A DNA stretch of 61,153 nucleotides, counting the filler, from Hausera hauseri (taxonomy: Eukaryota), in assembly GCA_046269625.1 (NCBI GenBank). It is 10 parts of 10 records of this genome, joined end to end, with 100 filler letters (N's around TTAATTAATTAA, not from the genome) between each part and the next. Parts side by side here need not be neighbours in the genome. Positions count along the whole stretch, not along the records: positions 7,856 to 17,150 come from JBJURY010408810.1; positions 17,251 to 21,800 come from JBJURY010531676.1; 8 more parts are not named here. The stretch is one strand, 5' to 3'. The first letter of the stretch is position 1; every line of letters starts with the position of its first letter. Made by a program: the position numbers and the translations under genes. Under the pieces are notes generated by a model. It was given only the letters and a program-made list of their open reading frames with translations. It was not told the origin of the DNA and searched no databases. Positions 10,087-21,900 of this stretch are shown here, one piece after another.

Positions 10087-13000
10087 GAAATCAATAAAGC
10101 AAATTTAGAGATAAATTACGCAACTAATATTGCAGCAGATAACCCACCAGTAGCGAAGAAACTAGACATTTTTACCTTTGATTCTCTGAATCTGCCATCA
10201 TATGATGGTGACCCGGACGGGCTTAATGAATTTTTGAGAACTTATAAGTTACACGCAGAAGGTGTCAGTCTCACCCTTGAAGTAATGATTAAACGCTTGT
10301 CATTATATTTGAAAAATTTAGCCGCTGACGCTTATAGTGAGCTCACTAATGATGAGAAGAAATCTTGGTCTTCCCTGGTAGCAGCATTAAACCGTAAATT
10401 ATTTCCGACAGTAACGCCACAACAGAAGCTTATGGCATTTCAAAATAGAGTGCAACAAAAGGGAGAATCGGTAACCCAATTTGCATTTGCATTAAAGAAA
10501 CTTGCTAATAGTTATGTAAGTACTTTGAGAATAACTAATGTAGCAAAAGCTAAAACAGACGCAGAACGCGATGCTGCGGAAAAGTCAACCCCGCCAGAAT
10601 TAGACGTCTTGATGTCAACTCAATTAATTAATGGTATTTGGTCCCGAGATTTAGTTAAACAGTTGATTTTGGCCAGACCTGAGAATTTCAAGAAAACTCT
10701 GCAATTGGCTCAAGACTTAGAAATGGCACTCGATAGATATGCCAGACACAACAATAGAAATGATAGAAATAATGATCGAAACGACCGCAATGACAGAAAT
10801 CGGAATGACAATCGTGGAAGAGATGATAGACGATTTAATGAAAAAAGAAATAGTAATAATGACTACAGGAGTAGTCAAAATAATAGTTATGCTAATGGCC
10901 GAAATATGAACAAGTCAAATTCCAATTCGAATAGAAATCAAAGAAACTACAAAAGTTCTAACTATTCAAATCGTGATGATGATAATCGAAATAATGATAG
11001 TCGAAGAAACGCAGATAGTACACAAAGTTTGCCAAACCAGTATAATAGAGGCATAAGTAGGTCTAAGTTACCTGTAAATGAAGATGGACGACAGAGAGTC
11101 GGCAGAAATGGAAATTTAGTTTGTTTTACTTGCGGTAAAGAAGGGCATATTGCAAAGTCATGTCCAAATCCGCGTAGTGTTTCATTTACTGTGCCCAATA
11201 AGATTAGTATGATTAAAGTTAATGAAAACTTAGAAGCAAAATATGGCGTTCGTGGAGATACAGGCACTATCATCGATATACAAGATTTAAGAAAATTCTT
11301 AGATGCTCAGCCAACTACTGCGAACTTACAAATTTTAATGGCCAGAAGAGAGTACGCGGATAAGTTGAGGTTACTAGAAGTATATCATGGCTTAGCCGAG
11401 CCAGAGACCGAATACGAATGCTCTATAGCACCGAAACAAAGTGATATGACACGGAAGAAGAGTGTTCCAACGAACATTAACCCATCTGATAAACCAGGCA
11501 CATCGACGGCGGTCGACTTAGACGAAGAACCTGAGTTTGCAGTTGAAAAAGTAACTAAGCTTACTGAAGATGATGCAGCAGAAAAAGAATTTATGGAGCC
11601 ATTAATACTGAAAATTACAAAAAATAGAGGCCGTAGCCCTTCACTAAAAACCAAGCGCAGAAGTCGTTCACGTTCCAGAATAACCAGAGAGAAAATTGAA
11701 GAAAAGGAAAACCCGAATGTCGATACACCAGAAATTGGGCCATATACACCTGTAGGAGTAGTGGAGCCGATAGAGTCAATTAATGAAATTAACGAAATCT
11801 GCCCACTTCCCATTAGTGAGGAAGAAACGGCAGACAATGACGATTTCAATTCAAAAAAGTGGAAAATCCGACGCTCATGGAAAAACGCCGACGAATTAAA
11901 GAAAATGAGAATTTATTGTTTAGAGCCCGAAATATTACAACGAAACTTAGAGAAACTCAAGCAGATTAGTGAACAAGTCGACATATCCGGGAAAGAACAG
12001 CAATACGCCGAGAAGTTATATAAAAGCTTGAAATTACGTAGCGAAGGGAAGTTCGTTGAAGCAATCGATGTGAGGCAGCCTGAAGAGGTGTCCCCGGAAA
12101 TATTATTAAAATGGAAACACGAATTGGAATCGTGGATTAAAAGTGGAGTCGAGTTTGTAGAAGGATGGAATAAGAACAAAGATAGAATTGACGTAAAAGT
12201 CACTGAGGCTCAAACGCTATTATCTACTCTAGAAGAGAACCCAAAACTGAAGAGAGTAGTCCGTAACTTAGAACGTATCATGAACGAAATTCGGTATGCA
12301 ATGATTAAACACCTTAGAGAAAAATCAGTTAACCACCGCAGTAATATCGATTTGGAAATATTGGGTATAGACCCGTTGGATGTTCCTCCCCTAACGGAGA
12401 TGATAAAAATCGCATTCGCTACGCCCAAACAATATACAAACCTGGAAAATCGGCTGAAGATAGAAAATGAGAAGCGAGCACAAATTTTTAGCTTGAGGAA
12501 CCGGATCATGTTCCCAAACCACGAGGATACTCAGTATACAATTAAGGCTTGTATCGTGGAATTAGACGAGTATAGGGATGAAATTAATTATATCGGTCGA
12601 ATCATGAATTTTCTAAAAGGACCAGACGATGAGTTAGAAGATGCCTATAAGATGCTAGATAGAGCCATAATGGCAAAACCTGTAATTACAAAGCAATTGA
12701 CGGAATGGTCCGAGTTAGTAACGCGACTAACCAAATTGGTAGAAGATCGTAAAGCGGAATTCCCGCAAAGCGATCCAACGGTGAAAAAGCAACTAGAGGA
12801 AAGTGCCCACGATTTGGCCACGTTGCGAATAGAAATAAATATCCGTACTCAATTTGAAGCGCTACGACAACTAAAATTTATGGAAAAGGAACGAGAAGTG
12901 TCGACGATGGAGGTAATCTACAAATTGATCGAAGAGACGAATTTTACGGAGAAACGGAGTATGATTTACGATGTAAATTCAAAGTTAAGGGTTGTCCGGC

Positions 13001-14247
13001 TAGAAGGGATTCAATACTTAACTGGAAAACAAATCGATGAAATTTCTGCACAAGACATTGAAATTCTGGATATTTGTCCAGGGCATCGAGATACGTTAAC
13101 GGACGCAATAAAGTTTCTGCATAGACCTCAAGAATGGATGTTGGGGTCAGATCAGAATTTCCATACCAGGTTGATAGAAATAGGAAACGACCCACATTTT
13201 AGTTTTCAGGAACACAAATTCGTGAAGAAATTGTCGGATGCGATGGACCCTGATTCCAAGGTCATAAATGAGATGTACGAGTTAGCGTATTTATTGGTAG
13301 AAATGGCAGAAATCAGTGACGAGCAGATGAGGCAATTGAGGCCCAAGATACAGAAGGTAGAAGAAACATCTATCAAAACAAAACAAAGAGCGACAAGGTT
13401 AGATGAATTAACAAAAGAGCTCGCAGTCTATCGTAACAAGTATGCTTTTACCAAAACAGAGATTAAAATAAACGAGAATTTGTACAAAGATGGCAAAAGG
13501 ATGATTCTCGAGTTAGCAGATTATCACCAAAAAGGACTCATCGACTCTAATGAATTCGGCGTTTTACTGAAAATGATTCAGTATGCCTGTGGAAACGGGG
13601 TAGGATTCCATACTACACAGATGAAAGAAATACAACCCAGACTGAAAGAAATTAGAAAAACTGTACAAAGAGTAAGAACAACTGGGGTAGATGACAGATT
13701 ACCAGATGTCGGGAACGACCCAGAATGGTACGCATACTTCAACGAAATTCTGACCGAAAAGCCCATGACTCCAGTACGATTAAACGAAACAGAAACAAGT
13801 CCACAGGATAAACGGTTTAATGTGGAGATGCTATTGGACTTAGCGCTAACTGAAAAGGATTTGACTGAATTAATTGACGTAAATATTACTGAGAATCAAT
13901 TACGGCAACTTATTCCAACTCTATCTAAATTTTCCAGTGAGAACACGATTTATAGCACGGTGCCGAAGCTCTTGATAAGGAAGTATGCTAAAACGTTAAA
14001 GAATAAATCCGTAGTAACGATGAAAGTGATGTTGTCATCCGAATGGATGGACGAGAAAGAATACGAGTTGACTACCTATTCCTATGTAAGGGATGTAAGA
14101 GAGTGGTTAGTAAACAATGGGGCAACGAACGAGCTGAATTACAAATTTTATTTTAGAGGTAGAATACTTGATGACCTCGAACAACTAATAGAAGTCGACA
14201 TTATTCCTGACGAAACAAATCGGGTAGTGGTAGTAATAACCAACTAA
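10087..14247 (+). CDS. gag: Gag (capsid + CCHC knuckle) with a ~1000-aa C-terminal extension ending in a ubiquitin-like domain
   Basis: The frame is open from 10087. LPSYDGDPDGLNEF capsid start, QQKGESVTQF, an N/R/D-rich linker, then CFTCGKEGHIAKSC. No protease motif was seen in the extension. Confidence 0.9.
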   Translation, partial: EINKANLEINYATNIAADNPPVAKKLDIFTFDSLNLPSYDGDPDGLNEFLRTYKLHAEGVSLTLEVMIKRLSLYLKNLAADAYSELTNDEKKSWSSLVAALNRKLFPTVTPQQKLMAFQNRVQQKGESVTQFAFALKKLANSYVSTLRITNVAKAKTDAERDAAEKSTPPELDVLMSTQLINGIWSRDLVKQLILARPENFKKTLQLAQDLEMALDRYARHNNRNDRNNDRNDRNDRNRNDNRGRDDRRFNEKRNSNNDYRSSQNNSYANGRNMNKSNSNSNRNQRNYKSSNYSNRDDDNRNNDSRRNADSTQSLPNQYNRGISRSKLPVNEDGRQRVGRNGNLVCFTCGKEGHIAKSCPNPRSVSFTVPNKISMIKVNENLEAKYGVRGDTGTIIDIQDLRKFLDAQPTTANLQILMARREYADKLRLLEVYHGLAEPETEYECSIAPKQSDMTRKKSVPTNINPSDKPGTSTAVDLDEEPEFAVEKVTKLTEDDAAEKEFMEPLILKITKNRGRSPSLKTKRRSRSRSRITREKIEEKENPNVDTPEIGPYTPVGVVEPIESINEINEICPLPISEEETADNDDFNSKKWKIRRSWKNADELKKMRIYCLEPEILQRNLEKLKQISEQVDISGKEQQYAEKLYKSLKLRSEGKFVEAIDVRQPEEVSPEILLKWKHELESWIKSGVEFVEGWNKNKDRIDVKVTEAQTLLSTLEENPKLKRVVRNLERIMNEIRYAMIKHLREKSVNHRSNIDLEILGIDPLDVPPLTEMIKIAFATPKQYTNLENRLKIENEKRAQIFSLRNRIMFPNHEDTQYTIKACIVELDEYRDEINYIGRIMNFLKGPDDELEDAYKMLDRAIMAKPVITKQLTEWSELVTRLTKLVEDRKAEFPQSDPTVKKQLEESAHDLATLRIEINIRTQFEALRQLKFMEKEREVSTMEVIYKLIEETNFTEKRSMIYDVNSKLRVVRLEGIQYLTGKQIDEISAQDIEILDICPGHRDTLTDAIKFLHRPQEWMLGSDQNFHTRLIEIGNDPHFSFQEHKFVKKLSDAMDPDSKVINEMYELAYLLVEMAEISDEQMRQLRPKIQKVEETSIKTKQRATRLDELTKELAVYRNKYAFTKTEIKINENLYKDGKRMILELADYHQKGLIDSNEFGVLLKMIQYACGNGVGFHTTQMKEIQPRLKEIRKTVQRVRTTGVDDRLPDVGNDPEWYAYFNEILTEKPMTPVRLNETETSPQDKRFNVEMLLDLALTEKDLTELIDVNITENQLRQLIPTLSKFSSENTIYSTVPKLLIRKYAKTLKNKSVVTMKVMLSSEWMDEKEYELTTYSYVRDVREWLVNNGATNELNYKFYFRGRILDDLEQLIEVDIIPDETNRVVVVITN

Positions 14248-14715
14248 CAGACTAAAGAAGAAGCTACACGTAAAGCCAAAACAGAACAATGCGTAGGACA
14301 AATTATGGGAGTCCGCGATGCTGCAATGTACTTTGAATACTTACAAACGGATGAAGACAAGGAACAATATGATATTAATTTGGTACCATTAAGTGAAATA
14401 ACCACTAAAAGCCAGAAATCAAAACGTCCGGTAGGTAGGCCTAGGAAACCACGTGAGGAAGTAGATTACAACGGAGAATTGATTATGGAATTGAAGCAAA
14501 TGTCGATTCCGACCTTTAATACGGAGAATGAAAAATTGAATGAGCTAACGAGAAATTTGATACGAATTGTAAATTATTCAAGCCTTCGAGGTGATGTATT
14601 AGAGGATAGAGAAAGGATAATTTTCGAAGCAGCCAAAACAATGAGGAGTTCACGTTTTAAATTATCAAAAAGCAGCTTAACTGACGAAGCGGTAATAGAA
14701 AGGATTATGGTGTAA
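14248..14715 (+). pseudogene. In-frame continuation of the polyprotein with an AT-hook-like motif (KRPVGRPRKP)
   Basis: Same frame as gag and env, bounded only by single TAA codons at 14245 and 14713. Confidence 0.65.
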
Positions 14716-17150
14716 AATACTAACGAAAAATTGAGAAAGGTATTGCTATATTTAGCCATTAAAATAAATCCTAATCGAGAGAACAAAATCAATAGAGCTA
14801 TAAGCCTAGCACGGAAAGCAGCAAGGAAGATGCCCTGCCTAGTAAACTGGTCGAGACTATTTGATAGGGAAGAAGATAAACGAAACAATAATAAATTTGA
14901 CGATATGCTGCGTAATTTGACGATGGCGGACCTTAGAGGCCAAAAAGTCGAATCAAATTGGCTAATTAGCCTACTCACTCTAATAATGCTAGTTAAGCAC
15001 ATAAGCGCTGTGACTATCTGTGATTGTGACAAGTTTAAATTAGGACAAAAATACTCCTTAATGGATCTGAAAGTATGCGAGGACGCCAGACCACACAAAT
15101 TAGAAACAAAAGAGAAAAGTTATTTCCTGTACCAACAACAAGAATTGATATCGTTGGATGGGATGAAATGTATGCTGAGACGATCGCGCAGTATTTTTCA
15201 CTGTGGCTTGATTCATGGACACTCATCTATAATTAAACCAACAACCCCATTGATTGCGATGAATTTAGAACGCCAACACTGTAAACAAGCCAGAGAAACT
15301 GGAAGGATACAATGGGAGAGCATGCAACTGGAATTGCAGCCGGGAAAAATAATAAGAGCATGTAAAGTAGTGGCCCGAATGTTAGATATGCATAGCGGAC
15401 ATTGTAATGGAGTAGAGTATCATACCGGGAAAGGATTAGAATGAAACGTAGTGGTTGTGGATTTCTACGAAGCAGAAATGCGTTCACAAAAAGTAATGTT
15501 CCACAGTATCACTAAGTTATATACCGAAAATCAGAAATGCCATTTACAAGACGGAACCTGTGCTTTTAGAAGCTCGGTTATAATATGGGAACATCCATCT
15601 GGACGAAATTGTAATTTCATTAAAATCAAAGAGTTAAAATTTAATGAAACAACGGGAAAGCGATATGTCGACAAATCAGAAACAAATTTGAGATCACGAG
15701 AATATGTGTCAGAGCACTCTACACCTACTATATTAATTTCAGACCAACATGGATTGAAGTTTATAAAAAAAGAAATGATGACTCGTTGCGATGTGGTGAT
15801 GTTTGCTACAAACTGTGAAGCGTTTTTCGTAGCGGAAACGGAAATAAGCGCGAAAACGTATAAGTTAGAAACACAGGATGTACGTATCGAAGATTACCTG
15901 AAAAACAGAGATGATTTCTTTTACTATAAAGGACAAGTAGGAATAACAGAATTGTATCATAAAATGATAATGAATGACTGCAAATTGGACACGGAAATTA
16001 TGCGAACTAAAATGGCTCTGATATATGCAAATCCAGAATTGGCTTCTCCAATAATTCCCATGAGAGAAGGAATTTTTGGCCGAGTAACGGGTGAAGTACT
16101 ACTTACCTACGAATATGAGAAAAGAGATGTACCCATTAACGTAGAAGAAAAATGCTGCATTCAGGAACTTCCTGTTATTTACCAAAATATGCCGAGACTG
16201 GCTACACCATTGACAAAAGTATTGCTGGATAACGCCACACAACCAACCATTCTTAAGAATTGTAAAGCGAGCCTAGGAGAATCCATGTTTAGACGAAGTG
16301 AGACAGATTGGGTCAGCTTGCCGAATGGAGGAATCATTGCCGCACCGAATAAATTGACGGGAACAAATCTCGCGAAAGGAATCACGGACGATAAATTTCA
16401 CGACACCTCATCAAAAGGTATATATCGACCAAAGGAAATTGAAGCCTTCAGATAATTCCTCGCTTTTCCGAGACAACGAACACATGAGTTAAATCGAGCG
16501 ATGGCCTCTGTAGTAGATGATACGCGATACCAAGCTAGATGGGAATCTTTATTCAGTGTGAATCATTATCAACGAGTAACAACTGAAATACTTTATAAAA
16601 TGTGGGGAAAATTTCTGATATTCGGACAAGCTGCATCTGGATTCTTAGCGATATATTTTCTAATACAAATGATCAAGGCAGTGATCCAAGCCGTAATAAA
16701 TGGGTATAAAATATTTACGTTAATTGGATTTTCATGTAAAGTTTTAAAAGCGATCATAACGCCTTTCGGGAAATTCTTGAAAGCCTACGAAGAAAACAAA
16801 TGGAAATCAGACTTAGAACGCCATGTCGGCTACCATAATCGCAAACGAAGAGGAAGACCAATATTCCTACGAAAGCGAAAATTCACACAAAACATTACAC
16901 AAAGAAACAATTCAAACGATGACGAGCCTAAGGGAGGAGAAGCACTTCCAGGAATAAATAAACATAAATATACTCTGTCGTTAAAGCGCCATTGCCCATG
17001 TTGCCTCCTACCGCCCCATTCTACGAAGACAAAAGGTCAATGGGCTCGTATCAGACGGAAATCTATAAAAGGACAATTAACGTAGAAGACCCTTACGAGG
17101 GAACAAAACGTTACGGAATTCTACGGAAAATGTGTTACCGACAATCCGCA
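14716..17150 (+). pseudogene. env: Chuvirus/gB-type (class III) envelope glycoprotein with internal signal peptide and TM region; two point stops and a late frameshift
   Basis: Signal WLISLLTLIMLVKHISA, then the Cys pattern CDC..YSL...C, C..R..FHCG..HSS, C.G..Y....*NVVV, C..QDGTC....IIW, C.QELPV, GIY..FP, MWGKFLIFGQAASG..TM. The TGA at 15442 sits where Trp is expected. Confidence 0.85.
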
Positions 17151-17250
17151 NNNNNNNNNNNNNNNNNNNNNNNNNNNNNNNNNNNNNNNNNNNNTTAATT
17201 AATTAANNNNNNNNNNNNNNNNNNNNNNNNNNNNNNNNNNNNNNNNNNNN

Positions 17251-20200
17251 TAAGATCTTTGCTCACTGTGGCCGAGGACTCCACGGCACTGAAAAGTTAG
17301 CCGAACTGGCAGACAAAGCTTATGAAATGCTGCACTCACACACAGCACCAACTGTTTCTGAGACATTAACAACAAACCACTAACAGCAAAATGCATTGAT
17401 GCAGCAACAAATTGCGCAATTACGCACAAACAATGAAATTTTGCAAAGAACAATTAATAACATAAACGAGAAATTAAATGAGTTAACGCTGCCTCGAAGA
17501 GGTTTTTCTAGGGCTGCTTTCCCTAATGTATTTTATCAACGACAAAGACGGTCGCCTTCGCCCGCGCGGTCGTCTATTTGTTACTATCACGACAAATTTG
17601 GTAACAATGCTCAGAAATGCTGAATCGGTTGTAAATTTTACTCTACCGATTTTAATACAAATAACATCGCTTGCATCTATCACGCAAAATTTGGAACAAA
17701 AGCACAAAAATGCCTACCTTGCTGTAACTACAACACGCACAATAAAATCAACACTACTAAAGTCACACAAAATAGCAGGCCAAACTCACCAGCTACGAAA
17801 AACTGATTTCGCCGCTAGGACACACGGCAAGTTCTAGCAAAGGCTACAACCTGCAAAAAATAGCCGACACATTTCCTTTGCTGGATTCACGTTGGAAGCA
17901 GAAGTCGTCACTCCAACAAAGCAAAACATTAATTTTCTCATAGACACTGGCGCAACAATCTTTTTACTGCCAACAACACAGCACATCCAAAACAATTTCA
18001 CTTCAAAAAAGCAATTGTTCACTGCGTCCGGTGAACCTTTACAAATTTTTGGTGTTACCAAATTAACTTTTACACTTCCAAATTTCCCAAACGCATTCAC
18101 TTGGAAATTTACAGTAGCCAATGTACGCACACCTATATTGGGTTTAGACTTTTTGTCCCACTATAATTTGCTTGTAGACTGAAAGCGATGCTTCTTAAAG
18201 AGTGGAAATAATTTTAATCAAATTAGCAGCATTTCGGTGACAACCCGGGCGATCGTTTCCAGCAAGTCAAAACAAAAGGATAGAACTTCCGATTTAAATT
18301 ATTTTTATAATCATCCATTATATAGAAAATTTTCTTAAGGCAACAAATACGATATTGCCAACTGCATGACACCAATTACTGATAATACAGATGCCAATAC
18401 CATCTTCAACACGAACATTCTGCACCTAATACCATCTAGTCACAACACCTGGTCTACAAGTCATACCCTCAACTGCATCTAGTCACAATGCGTCGACACC
18501 ATCTGAAAACTTCTCATCGTTGCTCTCTGACTTACAGCAATATATTTCGTCTTCCTGCACACGTCTGTTGCAAAAGGACAAATCATTCGTACCACCTCAA
18601 TCCACCTTTCATCACATAGTAACAGCACATCAAAGACCATTTCGTCAAAAGGTCCGCCCGCTATCGCCTCACCGCAGACAGGCAGTGGAGGCTGAGTTTC
18701 TCGAACTGGAAAAATCAGGAATAAACAGAAGATCCAAATCCACTTGGTCTTCACCACTACGTGTGGTTCCAAAAAAAGATGGTACCTTTTGCCCATGCGG
18801 TGATTACCTCCAACTCAACATCATAACAACAATGGATGACTACCCTCTACTATTAATCAACGATGTCCTTCACAGGCTCCATGGTTAGACCATTTTTTCC
18901 TGCATTAATTTACACAAAGCATACCACCAAATTCCGATGGCCCCAGCAGAGATTCCGAAAACGACTGTCATTACACCTTTCGACACTTTCGAATACCTTT
19001 TTATGCTCTTTGGACTCCGTAGCGCTTCCCAGACCTTCCAAAGGCATATTGATACAGTTTTCTCAGGTTTAGACTTTGCTTATCCCTATATCGATGATAT
19101 CCTCATTACATAATCTTCCTCGAAACAACACTCCGAGCACTTACGTTTAATCTTCCAGAGCTTGCACCAAAACAACTTGAAAAATAATTTCTACAAATGC
19201 TCTTTTCTTCAACATAAGGTAAACTTCCTAGGACATGTTATCAGCTCCTCCGGATATTCACCTCAGCCAGACCGCATCGCAAAGCTCAAAAACATACAGC
19301 TACCACGTACATCAACAGAGATGCATTCTTTCCTCGGAACCTTGCACTTTATTCATAAGTATATTCCACCCTGCTCCACTCTAACCGCTCCATTTGCATC
19401 ACTAAGCTCTGGCAAGAAAAAACAACCTATTCAGTGGACCGCCAAGCTAGTCAACGCTTTCGATCACCTTAAAGATAATCTAAAAACCGTTGAAATCCTG
19501 TCCTATCCCAACTCCCATGAAGAACTCTTCTTAATCACGGATGCATCCACAACAGCTGCAGGTGCTGTCCTCCATCAAGTCAAAAATGGATCCCATAAGC
19601 CATTAAAATTCTTTTCTCGAAAATTCACGGCACAGGAACAAAGATATTCCACCTTTGACAGAGAGTTGCTTGCAATGGTCCTTGCCGTAAAACACTTTAA
19701 GCATCTGCTAACCGCACGAACCTTTACAGTACAAACGGACCGCAAGCCCTTGCTTCAAATTCTCACCATGAAATCGCCTTCTCCACGTCAGGAGAGGCAA
19801 ATATCGTATTTGTCTACATTTAATTTTAAAACTGAGCACCTAAACGGAGTCGACAATTTAGTAGCTGACTTTTTGTCCCGATCAGTCAGATCGACTGATT
19901 TTACACAAATTTTTCCTCAATCCAAACTTCAACAAAACCAGCCACCTACTGGCATCCTTAGATCTTTTAAATCGTGCAAAACCATCGACGGTGTGGCCCT
20001 TGACACCTCCAAACCTAATAATCCTAAAGTCATCCTTTCTGAATCGCTTCAAAAAGAAGCATTCACAGCATCCATTTGTTGCACTATCCTGGTGCCAAGG
20101 CCACTTTTCGACTCTTACAACGCCAAGTAGTATGGCCATCGATGCGCTCTGACGTGCAGGTTTGGGTTAGGCAGTGTGTGACATGCCAAAAATACAAAGT

Positions 20201-21800
20201 TACTAAGCACTTAAAGCAACCACTATATCATTTTCCCTGCACGTCTAGTTTTGAATCTGTTCACATTGACCTTGTAGGCCCACTAGCCTTAGACAACGGC
20301 CATCAGTTCATCCTCACAATGATGGACCGTTCCTCGCGATGGCCAGAGGCTGTCCAGCTTCGCAGCACCAACACAGAAACAATCGCAGACGTTTTCATCC
20401 GCACTTGGATCAACAGGTTTGTATCACCTCGCAACATCATTTTGGACCAAGGCCCACAGTTCGAATCCAACCTGTTTAAAACTCTTGTCAATTAGTTGGG
20501 AATTAATCACATTCACACGTCACCCTATCATCCTCAATCGAATGGCCTTCTCGAACGCTTTCACCGAACGATGAAAACGTTTCTCAAAATACTTGCTGAG
20601 TTCAATCTCAGTTAGACTATACTCCTTCCGTACGTTCTGATTGGCTGGCGGAACACACCATCTACTTCTACAGGCTGTTCACCTGCAGAAGCATTTTTGG
20701 CACTTCTATCAGATCATTATTCGAGCTGGCTGAGTTGGACTATATTTCTACAGACGAAACTATACAAGCGGCACAGAGACACTTCGTTGCGATCAGCAAA
20801 CACTCATTTTGTAGACTATTACACGGAAATAAACCCTACATAGCCGGCGATTTATATACTGCCAAGTTCGTCTTGCTAAAGAATCAGACGCCGTGTGGTT
20901 TTCAACCTCAGTATGTTGGCCCTTACAAAGTAATTCGTTTACACTCTCAAAACATCATCATTCTCAATGACGACGAAGAAGTAACAGTCCACGTCAACAA
21001 CGCTAAGCCGGCTTTCTTTATTGACGATACGTCTACAATCGAAACCACTTCACCAACATCTTTACACGACGCGCAGCAATACAACAATTCACCCTCCATC
21101 TCTGCTCAATTATTTAACCCACTTTCGTCTACGTTTTCTCCCAAAATTTCTACTTCAATTTTTTCTTACAGGTCATCTTTTTTTCCATCCGATTTTGCAC
21201 CTTCACGCCTTTTCACACCGCTTTCATCCACTGATAACAACCTGCTTTCTCCTCTTACAATACCTCCTCCATCAGACACCACTTCAACTTCACCAATTTT
21301 TCCATCCACCCCTTTTATCATTCCAGCCTCTTGCATACCACCTTCCAACTACTTTCCTTCGCCTTCACCATCTTTTTGCTCTCTTCCGTTTTTTATCACC
21401 TTTTAAACACCTTTTATCATTCCTTTGTCTTCTAACACTCTCTTGAATACCTTTAATCATCCGTCTTCAACTATCTCTCTTCCTCCTTCACCTTATTCTT
21501 CTCTTCTTTCTGATTTATCTTTGCATGACACAACACTTACCGCGAAATTTGACAATTTTTCCCCAATTTCAAACTCTGCAAGCAAACACAGCAAAAAGAC
21601 AAAACATGCAGTCACATTCAGCAAGTATAGCAGGGAAAAGTCAGTAGAAGACACCCAACGTCTTGTCCAAACTAAGACCGACTGACATACACTTTTTTGT
21701 TTAGCGCTTGTTTTTTTCCGTTTGTCTTAATCTTTATAGTATTCACTTTGCCACGGGGGGCTGACGTGGTGCTCGCAGCTGCTGGTGCCCTTTGGCCCAT
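17251..21800 (+). mobile_element. Degenerate Ty3/Gypsy element, probably CsRn1/Kabuki lineage: gag tail, PR, RT, RH, IN, PPT, start of 3' LTR at ~21765
   Basis: CHCC-type knuckle CYYHDKFGNNAQKC*IGC, FLIDTGA, PCGDY, YIDDIL, TDAS..FDRELLA, HIDLVGPL..DQGPQFES, VGPY. Many stops and frameshifts. A G-run PPT precedes (c)GTGGTG. Confidence 0.9.
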
Positions 21801-21900
21801 NNNNNNNNNNNNNNNNNNNNNNNNNNNNNNNNNNNNNNNNNNNNTTAATTAATTAANNNNNNNNNNNNNNNNNNNNNNNNNNNNNNNNNNNNNNNNNNNN

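Noticed and set aside
10741-11010. AATGAT/CGAAAT-type short repeats as a DNA array
   Set aside because: They simply encode the N/D/R-rich low-complexity Gag linker.
14716-17085. Glycoprotein as a stand-alone endogenous chuvirus insertion
   Set aside because: It is in frame with gag here and with pol in C10, and no N or L gene remnants are adjacent.
21020-21685. Ser/Pro/Phe-rich ORFs after the C3 integrase as an env or accessory gene
   Set aside because: They are pyrimidine-rich low-complexity sequence with no signal peptide or Cys pattern.
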